A stretch of 64,000 bases of DNA from an uncultured Bacteroidota bacterium (GTDB lineage Bacteria > Bacteroidota > Bacteroidia > Bacteroidales > WCHB1-69). The stretch's first letter is position 1. Every line of letters begins with the position of its first letter. The notes beneath the pieces were generated by a model. The model ran no database searches. It was not told the origin of the DNA and worked only from the letters and a program-made list of their open reading frames with translations. The stretch lies in the NCBI GenBank assembly GCA_902802755.1, contig CADCNH010000001.1:262202-326201 (forward strand), written 5' to 3'. This document shows positions 44,758 through 53,939 of the stretch, piece by piece. Both the position numbers and the translations under genes were made by a program.

Positions 44758-45780
44758 ATGGCAAAATCATCTTCAATTGATAGAAACGACTTGATGTTTT
44801 TCGAAATATGCGGAAGACAATACAAACTGACAGAATATGACGATGCAATTAAAGAAAATGAGGAATCACTAGCAAATTACTATTCTTTCCTCCAAGAGTT
44901 TCCTTATACAATCAGAAAATTATCTAGAGAATCGTTAGCATCGATTAAGGATGCTCCTGTTTTTTTGTTATATCGTAACAAAAGGATAAGTGTGTATGAA
45001 TTTCTTATAAGTAGCCGACTCTTTGAATCTCAACTTTCTCTTATTAAAGAAATCAACGGTCTAGAAATAAAATATGGATTGGCTAATAAGTTGATTGATA
45101 TACAGCAAAAAAAAGAAAATTATGCTATAAAAATAGAAACATATAGAGTCTTTCAGGATTTACATTATACAATGGCAACGGCCCGATGGGCATTAATACA
45201 GGCACATCGTATATTACATTTCAGTAGTAGTTTAAAATGGATAACAGGTTGGGAACAACTTTGGACACGTGCCACATGGTTAAACAATGCAATTCTTTTA
45301 TACAACTCCTGCTTTGACAAGTTGATATTATCAATATGGATTGGTTGTAAGGTTTTTGTTGGTTATTTAAAGAAAAATAGTAAGCCAGAAAAGGCACTCA
45401 ATATACAAAACTTAAATTCACAGGAAGGATTAAATCTGGTATATGAATGGTGTGATTATAATAAAATTAAAAATCGCTTGCCAGAAAAAATAAAAAACGA
45501 TATTAACTTAAAATATACAAACGAGCTAAAAAGAGTGAGAAATTATGCCAATAGAATTAAACACAGGGGTGGTATGAGATATAAAGACTTGTTTCCTTAT
45601 GACAATACTTACGATATTATTGAAGACACATTCTATGCTTCTACAAGAACACAAATATCTGATGATATAGATGATATTGTGGAAGAAGTGAAGAATTATC
45701 ATATTGTCTTATATGATTTGATACAAAAAGTTTATGAATACATTATAGGAGAAGTGTTTGATCAGGAGATTCATGAATAG
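44758..45780 (+). CDS. hypothetical protein (all-helical; possible HEPN-like C-terminal half)
   Basis: 340 aa, AT-rich. It has an LKRVRNYANRIKHRG helix, but the R-to-H spacing is outside the canonical Rx4-6H. Confidence 0.55.
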   Translation: MAKSSSIDRNDLMFFEICGRQYKLTEYDDAIKENEESLANYYSFLQEFPYTIRKLSRESLASIKDAPVFLLYRNKRISVYEFLISSRLFESQLSLIKEINGLEIKYGLANKLIDIQQKKENYAIKIETYRVFQDLHYTMATARWALIQAHRILHFSSSLKWITGWEQLWTRATWLNNAILLYNSCFDKLILSIWIGCKVFVGYLKKNSKPEKALNIQNLNSQEGLNLVYEWCDYNKIKNRLPEKIKNDINLKYTNELKRVRNYANRIKHRGGMRYKDLFPYDNTYDIIEDTFYASTRTQISDDIDDIVEEVKNYHIVLYDLIQKVYEYIIGEVFDQEIHE

Positions 45781-45814
45781 AATGCTCTCATTGATAAAGT
45801 TGTATACTATAGGA

Positions 45815-46474
45815 TTATATTGACATATTCTTCCACTTCTCGGGGATTCTGAAAGATTTATCACCGGCAGTAACTACATCATCCATAATGGATTTCAGGA
45901 ATCGGGGTAGGTTGTTTTTCATCAAGACAGGCTTGCTACGGTGCTGCAATAGCTTGTCTTTTATGTCATAACTATAATTTGTTGGGGGAAAATATACCTT
46001 GATGTTTTTCTGAGGAAATAATCTCTGTATATAGTCCAAAGGAGGGATAAGGTCGCTATCGGCACTCACTAAAGCTACTGTGTCTGTTTTGTCTTCCATG
46101 CAATCAGCTAACATTCGTACCGAAATGTTCACATCTGTTCTTTTCTCTTCTGGCTTTGAAATCGTCGCATTGCAGAAAGGGCAAGGGAAATATTTTTCCA
46201 TGTATTGTCCTCTAACAATCTCAAATTTTTCTCCGTTAATTAGTTTGTTTGCGTTAAGAAAAGAACTTTGACGACTGTTTTTTGACGGATTCATCGGACT
46301 AGCGGTAAAATAGACAACTTTTTCAAGTGTTTGATTTTCCCCAAGGAAACTCTCGCACAGTTTTACAACATCAATCCAATAACATTTTCCCCAATTTCTG
46401 TCTATGCTACGGGCTCGTTTAATTCCAAAATAGAAATTAAAACCATCAATATAGAAGGTAACTCTCTTTGTCAT
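45815..46474 (-). CDS. NYN (LabA-like PIN-fold) domain protein
   Basis: 219 aa with FYIDGFNFY, EKRTDVNISV and LVSADSDLIPP, plus a CPFC insert. Confidence 0.8.
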   Translation of the reverse strand: MTKRVTFYIDGFNFYFGIKRARSIDRNWGKCYWIDVVKLCESFLGENQTLEKVVYFTASPMNPSKNSRQSSFLNANKLINGEKFEIVRGQYMEKYFPCPFCNATISKPEEKRTDVNISVRMLADCMEDKTDTVALVSADSDLIPPLDYIQRLFPQKNIKVYFPPTNYSYDIKDKLLQHRSKPVLMKNNLPRFLKSIMDDVVTAGDKSFRIPEKWKNMSI

Positions 46475-46703
46475 AATAAGAAATAATTAAAAAAAGCCAC
46501 TAAAAAGTGGCCCGTGTCCTTACAAGAAAGTAAGGCGTTGCTTTTGTGCTGCAAAAATACAAAAATTTTGTTTCAGTATTCATACAAATGAAAAAAATTA
46601 TCGCCAGTAGTAGCTACGCAAATTTTTGAATAGGATGAAACGGGGCACGCCCCGTCTCTACAAAAGAAAACCCCCTCTTGAAAAATCAGGAAGAAAAAAT
46701 GTG

Positions 46704-46711
46704 TATCTTTG
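46704..46711 (+). promoter_or_regulatory. -7 promoter box (TATCTTTG) for nhaC
   Basis: 14-29 nt upstream of the candidate starts at 46725 and 46740. Confidence 0.5.
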
Positions 46712-46724
46712 CATCAAGAATTGA

Positions 46725-48197
46725 ATGGATGGTAACCCTATGAAAGACGATACTCCCCGAATCCCTTGGCTCATCGCATTGGTGCCTTTTGCGGTGCTGG
46801 TGCTATTGCAGGTACTTGTGATCAAGCATTTTGGCTCCGACGCTATCGACGGGGCCAGCCAGACGGCATTGCTCTTTTCCGCCGCGGTGGCCATCGCTAT
46901 CGCCATGGTGGGCTACAAGGTGAGCTGGAAGACCATCAATGGGGCGATTGGCGACAACATCAAAACCATCGGCCCCGCCGTGCTGATTCTGTTTTTGATC
47001 GGTGCCATTTCAGGCAGCTGGATGATGAGCGGGGTGGTGCCTACCATGATATACTACGGCATGAAGGTCATCACGCCTTCACTCTTCCTTTTCATGGCTT
47101 GCCTAATTTGCGCCCTGGTGTCGTTGATAACGGGCAGCTCGTGGACGACTGTGGCTACCGTTGGTATTGCCTTGATTGGTATTGGCACAGCACACGGCTT
47201 TTCGGCGGGGTGGACAGCAGGCGCTATCATCTCGGGCGCATACTTCGGCGACAAGATTTCCCCGCTTTCTGACACAACGGTATTAGCTTCTTCGGTGGGC
47301 GAAGTGCCCCTGTTCAAGCATATTCACTATATGCTCATCACTACCGTGCCTTCTTTCACGATTGCACTGATTATTTTCTTGGTGGTGAGCCTGAACCATT
47401 CGGCTGCAAGTGGTGCCCAGGCGGCTTCTTTTGCCGAAGGACTGCAAAACAGCTTTGTCATCAGTCCCTGGTTGCTGTTAGTTCCGCTCTTTACCGCTAT
47501 CCTCATTGCTTTGCGCCTGCCAGCGGCTGTTATCCTGTTTTTGTCGGCTCTGGTGGCGGGAATGGTCATGCTGGTGGCCCAACCCCACATCGTGACACAA
47601 ATAGGGGAGGGCAACAATTTTCGTGGTTTGATGCTCACTTACTATAGCAGCACTTCCATCGATACGGGCAATGAAACGCTTACAAATCTGGTGCAAACCC
47701 GTGGTATGAAAGGCATGCTCAGCACAGTATTCCTCATTTTCTGTGCTTCCGCTTTCGGCGGCGCTCTCACCGGAGGCGGCATGATGAAGAGTCTCACCGG
47801 AGCATTAGCACGTGGCATTAGCGGCCGCCGCTCGTTGGTGACTACCACAGTGGGTACAGGTCTTTTTGCCAACATGGCCACAGGTGACCAATATCTCAGC
47901 ATTGTGCTCACAGGTAATATCTACAAGCAGCTATACAAAGATATGGGCTTTGAGGGGCGTTTGTTGAGCCGTTCCACAGAAGACTCTGCCACGGTTACCT
48001 CTGTGCTCGTTCCCTGGAACACCTGCGGTATGACGCAATCCATGGTGCTGAAAGTTCCCACATTAGAGTTCTTGCCTTACTGCTTCTTCAATCTCATCTC
48101 CCCGCTAATGTCCATCACTGTCGCTTTCATTGGCTATAAGATTTTCCGTCGTACTGATGATGAAGAAACAGAGGAATCAACAACGACAATCGATTAG
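46725..48197 (+). CDS. nhaC: Na+/H+ antiporter NhaC family
   Basis: 490 aa, ~11 TM helices, NhaC-like conserved blocks. The start may be at 46740. Confidence 0.85.
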   Translation: MDGNPMKDDTPRIPWLIALVPFAVLVLLQVLVIKHFGSDAIDGASQTALLFSAAVAIAIAMVGYKVSWKTINGAIGDNIKTIGPAVLILFLIGAISGSWMMSGVVPTMIYYGMKVITPSLFLFMACLICALVSLITGSSWTTVATVGIALIGIGTAHGFSAGWTAGAIISGAYFGDKISPLSDTTVLASSVGEVPLFKHIHYMLITTVPSFTIALIIFLVVSLNHSAASGAQAASFAEGLQNSFVISPWLLLVPLFTAILIALRLPAAVILFLSALVAGMVMLVAQPHIVTQIGEGNNFRGLMLTYYSSTSIDTGNETLTNLVQTRGMKGMLSTVFLIFCASAFGGALTGGGMMKSLTGALARGISGRRSLVTTTVGTGLFANMATGDQYLSIVLTGNIYKQLYKDMGFEGRLLSRSTEDSATVTSVLVPWNTCGMTQSMVLKVPTLEFLPYCFFNLISPLMSITVAFIGYKIFRRTDDEETEESTTTID

Positions 48198-48234
48198 TAC
48201 GGAAAGTCTGTCCTGACGTATCGCATAACAAGGA

Positions 48235-48266
48235 TGAAAAAAAAGGCGACCATCAGGCCGCCTTTT
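48235..48266. terminator. bidirectional terminator between nhaC and gatD
   Basis: aaaaaaaaggcgaccatcaggccgccttttt: A-run, GC hairpin, T-run. Confidence 0.65.
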
Positions 48267-48281
48267 TCTGTCTCTACAAGG

Positions 48282-49757
48282 TTATTTTCTAACCTTCTTC
48301 ACAAACTCTTCTACTTCGGGAACACCGCCTTGATAGACGAGGTAGCCGTCGTAGGGCTCGCGTTTGGTGATTTCGTCGTTGATGGGGGTGAGCATCAGCT
48401 TCTTCACATCCTCGCGCTTCTGGCCGCTGTCCTTGGTCAAACCTAATGCCCAGCCGAGCTTGATGTAAGAGCTTTCCGCTAACATGTTGTCTGCGGGGAT
48501 GATACCGCGTGCCATCATGTCACGGCCGGTGTCATACACAAACATGTGAGTGTAACCCCAGATGGTCTGTACACTCATGTATTGGTGAACACCAGCGTCA
48601 GTAGCTTTCTGGATGGCATCGTACATGACCTTATTGACATGACCGAGGCCGGTGCCGTCCCAAACAATGCCTTTGTAGCCATTGTCGATGAGGGCTTCCA
48701 GCACATCGGGTTTCATACCTGGATAGTAGTACAGAATGGCTACACGGTCGTCGAAAGTCGGCACAATACGGGTGACATTCGGGTCGTTGATGGCAAGGCT
48801 ACGCTTGTAATCCTCGTAGTTGGTGATAACTTCCACTTGGCGGTGCTGTCCTTTGCGGCGGTGGTTGTACACTTCCTTGATGGGCTGTACGCCATCGCGG
48901 CGATTCACGGTAGCCAGCGGTGTGTCGCCAATGGTACGGAAAGTGGAGCGGTAAGAGCTGTGCATCTTACGTACACGCGTGCCACGATGCAGGAAACCGT
49001 AGTCGTCGCTGGTGGGACCGAACATGCAGACCATCACCTCGGCGATGTCACCGTGACCAGCAGCGGTCATGGCGTGCATCAGGTTCAAAGCGGCATCGGA
49101 GCTGGGACGGTCAGAAGAACGTTGTGAACCCACCAATACCACTGGCATGGGCATATTCTGGCACATGTAAGTCAAAGCGGCAGCAGTGTGAGCCAAAGTA
49201 TCGGTACCGTGACCAATTACAATACCCTCGATACCAGCCTTGATTTCATCACCAATTTTGTTGGCCAAAGCCATATATTCTTTCGGGGACATGTTCTCGG
49301 AGAATACAGCGAAAACTTTCTCGGTCTCCAAGTTGCAGATGTCGGCCAGTTCGGGCACAGCACCATACAATTCGCCGGGAGAGAATGCGGGAATTACCGC
49401 ACCCGTACGGTAGTCCAAACGGGAAGCGATGGTACCACCAGTACCTAACAGTTTTACGTGGGGCAGACCGGGAGTGTAGGGGAATTCCTTCTCCGGAATC
49501 TTGAAAACGGGCTGCGGGTCGCGCTCGCCTTTCATGTCGGTGATGGTGTCAATGTCAATACCGATATTGTAACCGGTGCTGACTTTCATCACAATGTGGA
49601 TGTCGTCGGTGTTTTCCGCACGGGGCAGAATCTTTCCCGAGAAATGTCCGCGGGTGGTTTCCACTTCGGCTTTGTCCCACACGTGAACGTCGTATTTTTT
49701 GAGCGTTTCTAATGCGCGTCCCTTATATCCTTGGAATGTTTTTTTATCGTCGTCCAT
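48282..49757 (-). CDS. gatD: archaeal-type Glu-tRNA(Gln) amidotransferase subunit D (GatD)-like; asparaginase-family
   Basis: 491 aa. GatD-type N-terminal domain (GKILPRAENTDDIHIVMKVSTGYNIGI). Asparaginase motifs LGTGGTIAS and GHGTDTL. Confidence 0.75.
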   Translation of the reverse strand: MDDDKKTFQGYKGRALETLKKYDVHVWDKAEVETTRGHFSGKILPRAENTDDIHIVMKVSTGYNIGIDIDTITDMKGERDPQPVFKIPEKEFPYTPGLPHVKLLGTGGTIASRLDYRTGAVIPAFSPGELYGAVPELADICNLETEKVFAVFSENMSPKEYMALANKIGDEIKAGIEGIVIGHGTDTLAHTAAALTYMCQNMPMPVVLVGSQRSSDRPSSDAALNLMHAMTAAGHGDIAEVMVCMFGPTSDDYGFLHRGTRVRKMHSSYRSTFRTIGDTPLATVNRRDGVQPIKEVYNHRRKGQHRQVEVITNYEDYKRSLAINDPNVTRIVPTFDDRVAILYYYPGMKPDVLEALIDNGYKGIVWDGTGLGHVNKVMYDAIQKATDAGVHQYMSVQTIWGYTHMFVYDTGRDMMARGIIPADNMLAESSYIKLGWALGLTKDSGQKREDVKKLMLTPINDEITKREPYDGYLVYQGGVPEVEEFVKKVRK

Positions 49758-49783
49758 ATCAGTTTACAATTAACATTTTACAA

Positions 49784-51745
49784 TTAACAATTAATAATTT
49801 CCTTGGCCAATGTAGTCATGGAGAGGTTGCCCAGTGCTTGTGCTCGCACTTGGCCGAGGAGGCTGTTTTTCTTGTCCTCTGCGGTGGTACGGGAGCGCAT
49901 GGGTTTGAAATTACTGCTCAGATTGCTGAGGTTTTTCAAAATTTCTTCTTTGGAAACTTTACGGTAGCCTGCAAGTTTCAGCAGTTCGGAGAAGTCAGCC
50001 TTCGGCTGCTCGAACATCAGCTTCAGCATATCGGCTGCGATGGCCTTGTCCAGACCTTCTTGTTTCAGGAAGGCGAAGAGGTCGAAGATTCTGCAGGTGC
50101 AGAAAGGAATCTGGCCATATTGTCCGTGCAGATGTTTGAGTCTGTGACCAAAGAAAGTGCCGATAAATTTCGGACACATATCCAGTTCAGTGACGATTTT
50201 CTTGATCCGCGGGAAGAAATTATGGGTGAAAATGTAGTTGAAGCAGTCTTGCGGTACACCCCAGGCAACCATTTGTGCGTAGCGGTCAGCAACAGCATCG
50301 GGGATATTCTTGCTCAACTCATCGATATAGTCGGCATGCAATGGAATGGGAGCCGAGTCGGTGTCGGGATACATACGGTCGGCACCGGGCAGCACACGCT
50401 CGAAAATGGTGGTGCCGTCGGGCAGGGCCTTACGGGTCTCGAAGGGAACACCGTCAAAGGTCATCAGGGCACGCTCTTCTATCACTTCCAAAGCGGTTTT
50501 TACATCGTCTTCGGGAGCCCAGAAAATGATTTGGGCATCGTTTTCGCCAGCGTTCAACGCCTTGGCGGCTTTCTCGAAAACGCTACGGCTTACCACATCC
50601 TCAAGGTCTTCGCTGGAAGCCATATTGGGACGCTCAATACAAGCGATAACTTTCAGTCTATCTGCAAACTCGCAGTAGAAAGGATGACCTGGCTGAGTGA
50701 AGTGTGACAACAAACCAGCAAATTGCGGCAGGTTAACCGCATATACTTTCTCGCCACGCTTTATGGCGTCGGTAATCGGGTCAAAATAGAAATGGAACTG
50801 CTTGGGATCCAGTTCGGTGAAAGCCATCTTCCAATCTTCTTTTTTAATACGGGCTTTCAGTTGGTCACGGATGGCGAGCAAAGCCCACTGGCGGAAGCAT
50901 TCCACATGAGTGACCTCAGGAATCCATTTGGTGTGGGCAACACCCTTCACCTCGATACGAGTACCGCCTTTGCAGCTCACGTTCACATCCTGGCGGCCAG
51001 CGCCGATGCCAGTACGCACACGGCCGGTGCTACGGTTGAGGAAGCGGATATAGTTGCCAGCTTCTTCCACCTCATCTGGATTAACCATTTCAGGATAGGT
51101 TACCGTTTCAATCAAAGGCATACCCAGACGGTCGGTGCGGTAGATACGGGTATGGCCGATATCGGATACCTCGCGGCAGGCGTCTTCCTCTACGCTGAGC
51201 TGGATAAGGCGCACCTTCTTGTTTTTCAGCTGGATCTCACCATCAATACCTAAAATGGCGGTTCTTTGGAATCCTGTCGGGATGGAACCGTCGAGGTATT
51301 GCTTACGGGTGATATGCACCTCGCCCACAATTTTCAGTTTGGAAGCCAAAGCGATTTCCAAGGCATATTGCAATGCTTCCGGGTTGATGGGAAATGGCGG
51401 GGTGTCATCTACCTCGTAGGTACATGCGGTCTTGTGAGCAATGCGGTAGATGATGTTCTTTCGGGTTTTGAACTCCATAAGTGCGGTGCCGTCATACTCT
51501 CCCATTTCGGAAAGAGTGGGACGCATGTGACGCAACAGCTCGGCATCGTACTCGTCGGCTTTCTGGAATATGCCGGCGGGACAGCGGCAGAACAATTTTT
51601 CTTTGGTAGCCAGTTGCTGGTGAACTTCCAAGCCCGACATGAACCCGATGCGGTCGTAGTCGGCCTGCTTGGCTTGCTTACGGTCAACATAGCCGATGGC
51701 TTTTTTGCTGGCTTCGTAATTTTCTTGAGGGTTGATAGTTTGCAT
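49784..51745 (-). CDS. gatE: archaeal-type Glu-tRNA(Gln) amidotransferase subunit E (GatE)-like
   Basis: 653 aa. GatB/E catalytic core with GLEVHQQL...KLFCRCP (the HQQL form typical of GatE), an inserted domain, and a C-terminal YqeY-like tail. Confidence 0.75.
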   Translation of the reverse strand: MQTINPQENYEASKKAIGYVDRKQAKQADYDRIGFMSGLEVHQQLATKEKLFCRCPAGIFQKADEYDAELLRHMRPTLSEMGEYDGTALMEFKTRKNIIYRIAHKTACTYEVDDTPPFPINPEALQYALEIALASKLKIVGEVHITRKQYLDGSIPTGFQRTAILGIDGEIQLKNKKVRLIQLSVEEDACREVSDIGHTRIYRTDRLGMPLIETVTYPEMVNPDEVEEAGNYIRFLNRSTGRVRTGIGAGRQDVNVSCKGGTRIEVKGVAHTKWIPEVTHVECFRQWALLAIRDQLKARIKKEDWKMAFTELDPKQFHFYFDPITDAIKRGEKVYAVNLPQFAGLLSHFTQPGHPFYCEFADRLKVIACIERPNMASSEDLEDVVSRSVFEKAAKALNAGENDAQIIFWAPEDDVKTALEVIEERALMTFDGVPFETRKALPDGTTIFERVLPGADRMYPDTDSAPIPLHADYIDELSKNIPDAVADRYAQMVAWGVPQDCFNYIFTHNFFPRIKKIVTELDMCPKFIGTFFGHRLKHLHGQYGQIPFCTCRIFDLFAFLKQEGLDKAIAADMLKLMFEQPKADFSELLKLAGYRKVSKEEILKNLSNLSSNFKPMRSRTTAEDKKNSLLGQVRAQALGNLSMTTLAKEIINC

Positions 51746-51798
51746 ATATTTTGATTTTAGTTATTTGACAATAGAATGTCCTAAAATTTTTTAAGGCA

Positions 51799-51806
51799 CA
51801 AAGATA
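51799..51806 (-). promoter_or_regulatory. -7 promoter box (TATCTTTG on minus strand) for gatE-gatD
   Basis: ~54 nt upstream of the ATG at 51745. Confidence 0.5.
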
Positions 51807-51883
51807 ATAAAATTATGGAATGCCACCGCAAAAAAAAAACTCTCCTTGTTATCTGTTCCCTGAAACCTGTAACCTGTCCCCTG

Positions 51884-51977
51884 ATAATTAGCCTATTAAC
51901 TAATTTACTAATTGATAATTAGCACATTAGCACATTGTCTCATTAGCACATTAACTAATTTACTAATTTGCTAATTG
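51884..51977. repeat. 8-mer tandem array, mixed orientations (ATTAGCAC / TTTACTAA / TTTGCTAA)
   Basis: ataattagcctattaactaatttactaattgataattagcacattagcacattgtctcattagcacattaactaatttactaatttgctaattga. Confidence 0.85.
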
Positions 51978-51980
51978 ATC

Positions 51981-52871
51981 CTATTTTCTCGGATGGTATT
52001 GCTCAATAATGCTTTTAATGTATGTACGGTCGAGGTGAGTGTAGATTTCTGTGGTGGTGATACTTTCGTGGCCGAGCATTTCTTGTACTGCGCGCAGGTC
52101 GGCACCACCTTCCACCAAGTGGGTGGCGAAGGAGTGTCGGAAGGTATGTGGACTGATGGTCTTGGTAATTCCAGCTGTTTCGGCTGCCTGCTTGATCATC
52201 ATGAAAATCATCTCACGTGTGAGTCTTGCACCCCTGCGATTAAGAAATACAAAGTCTTCTTCCCCTTTTTTGATTTTAATATGCTCACGAACACCTTCCA
52301 TGTATAGAAGTATGGCATTTTGGGCGGTGTGTCCAATGGGTACCAGGCGTTCCTTATCGCCTTTGCCGATAATGCGAATGTAGTTTTCCTGAAAATGAAG
52401 GTTGGAGATACGCAGGTTTACCACTTCGCTGACCCGTAATCCGCAGCCATACATCACCTCAATAATGGCCTTGTTGCGGTGCCCTTCGGGCTTGCTCAAA
52501 TCAATACCGTTCAAGATGGCTTCAATCTCCGGAATAGAAAGCACTTCGGGCAAGTGGCGGCCAATCTTGGGAGCATCTAATAATTCGGTGGGGTCGTGCG
52601 TGATTTTATGGTCGAAAAGCATGAACTTGTAGAAGGATTTCAGCCCAGAGATGATGCGGGCCTGGCTTCTGGCTGAAATCTTGTCATCATATAAGGAGGC
52701 TAAAAAATCCTGCAAATCTTCTAATTTGACATCTTCCAATTTTTTTCTTCCGCCTAAAAAATCATTCAGTTTTTCAATGTCATGGAGATAGGCTTCCACT
52801 GTCTTGGGCGACAGGGAGCGTTCCAGTTTAAGATATTGCTTATACAACTGAATGCTAAGTTCCATCATCAA
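51981..52871 (-). CDS. xerD: site-specific tyrosine recombinase XerD
   Basis: 296 aa with an N-terminal SAM-like domain, GLRVSE, HTFRHSFATHL and LGHESITTTEIYTH. Confidence 0.9.
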   Translation of the reverse strand: MMMELSIQLYKQYLKLERSLSPKTVEAYLHDIEKLNDFLGGRKKLEDVKLEDLQDFLASLYDDKISARSQARIISGLKSFYKFMLFDHKITHDPTELLDAPKIGRHLPEVLSIPEIEAILNGIDLSKPEGHRNKAIIEVMYGCGLRVSEVVNLRISNLHFQENYIRIIGKGDKERLVPIGHTAQNAILLYMEGVREHIKIKKGEEDFVFLNRRGARLTREMIFMMIKQAAETAGITKTISPHTFRHSFATHLVEGGADLRAVQEMLGHESITTTEIYTHLDRTYIKSIIEQYHPRK

Positions 52872-52901
52872 AATAATGGTAAAAAAAAGATAATCAATTA
52901 A

Positions 52902-53423
52902 TTACCAAATACAGGCATCTTTTTCGAACCAGCGGCCCTGGGCTTTCAAAGTTTGCTCGATAATGTCGCGGGCAGCTCCGTCTCCACCTTTTTTCACGGA
53001 AACGTAGTCGGCAATGGCTTTGATTTCCTCGGCGGCGTCGGCGGGACAGCATTTGAGGCCGCTGAGCTGCATGATCTCGTAGTCGGGAATATCATCACCC
53101 ATCATCATTACCTCCTCACGGCTGAGACCATATTTGTTGAGGTATTCGTTATAGACCTTAACCTTATTGCGCACCTGCAGGAAGATTTCCATGCCTGGAA
53201 AATTCTTGTAACGCAGGCGCATGGATTCGGAATAGCCTCCAGAGATGACCGCCACCCTGTAGCCCTTGCGCAGGGCGTACTGCAAGGCATAACCGTCTTT
53301 CACGCCTGTAGCGCGAAGCTGGTCGCCATCAGGCAGTACCCAAATTTTACCATCGGAAAGCACCCCGTCAAAATCAAAAATGAAGGTGGTGATGTTTTTC
53401 AGTTTGTCTTTATAATCGTGCAT
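52902..53423 (-). CDS. kdsC: 3-deoxy-D-manno-octulosonate 8-phosphate phosphatase (KdsC, HAD family)
   Basis: 173 aa with FDFDGVLSDG and MGDDIPD. Confidence 0.85.
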   Translation of the reverse strand: MHDYKDKLKNITTFIFDFDGVLSDGKIWVLPDGDQLRATGVKDGYALQYALRKGYRVAVISGGYSESMRLRYKNFPGMEIFLQVRNKVKVYNEYLNKYGLSREEVMMMGDDIPDYEIMQLSGLKCCPADAAEEIKAIADYVSVKKGGDGAARDIIEQTLKAQGRWFEKDACIW

Positions 53424-53939
53424 GTGAAATGTGATTCGTTGATATTAGTTGGCAAAAATAATGATTTTTCTGATACTACTTCCGTAACTATCAAAATTTG
53501 TATAGATAAGGAAGTAGTATAACGCAAATCTAATGATAATGGGATATTGCACGCTACCCCATTTCGCAGCGGGTTTATTCAGTTCTTCGGTGCATATTAC
53601 ATTCGCGCTGCGAAGAGATACACAGCATTTTCCATACCCCACACTGCGCTACCGCTTATGTGGGGTTAATAGAATTTGACCTCTTCGAGGTCTTGACAAT
53701 TGTTGTAAATGATTACATCATAGGTATATGTCCCGGAGGGACATCCTCTTATTAACCCCATATAAGGCCGTAGGCCGCAGTATGGGGTAGGTGACAGACA
53801 TATATGCTTGCCGCGGTGCGTTATACACTTGCTTCGAAGCACTGAACCCAAACACCGCGGAATTGACACACCATTAATAGATGACAAAAACTTACAGTGA
53901 CTATGATTACTTATATCGAACTCACGTTAAATTAACTAA

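Noticed and set aside
46495-46520. Hairpin gccactaaaaagtggc with flanking A/T runs as a terminator for the NYN gene
   Set aside because: It lies upstream of the NYN gene's start, not downstream. It reads as a minus-strand terminator with no gene to terminate. It is probably a relic at the island border or an insulator, and is left uncalled.
49712-50707. 331-aa ORF on the plus strand
   Set aside because: It lies entirely antisense to gatE. The translation is low-complexity, and there is no promoter box or start context. It is a typical shadow ORF of a GC-richer gene.
51981-52871. XerD as the integrase of the 36-46 kb island
   Set aside because: It lies 5.5 kb beyond the island, across nhaC and gatDE. 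Its composition is host-like, and it has a canonical XerD sequence and housekeeping neighbours (kdsC).
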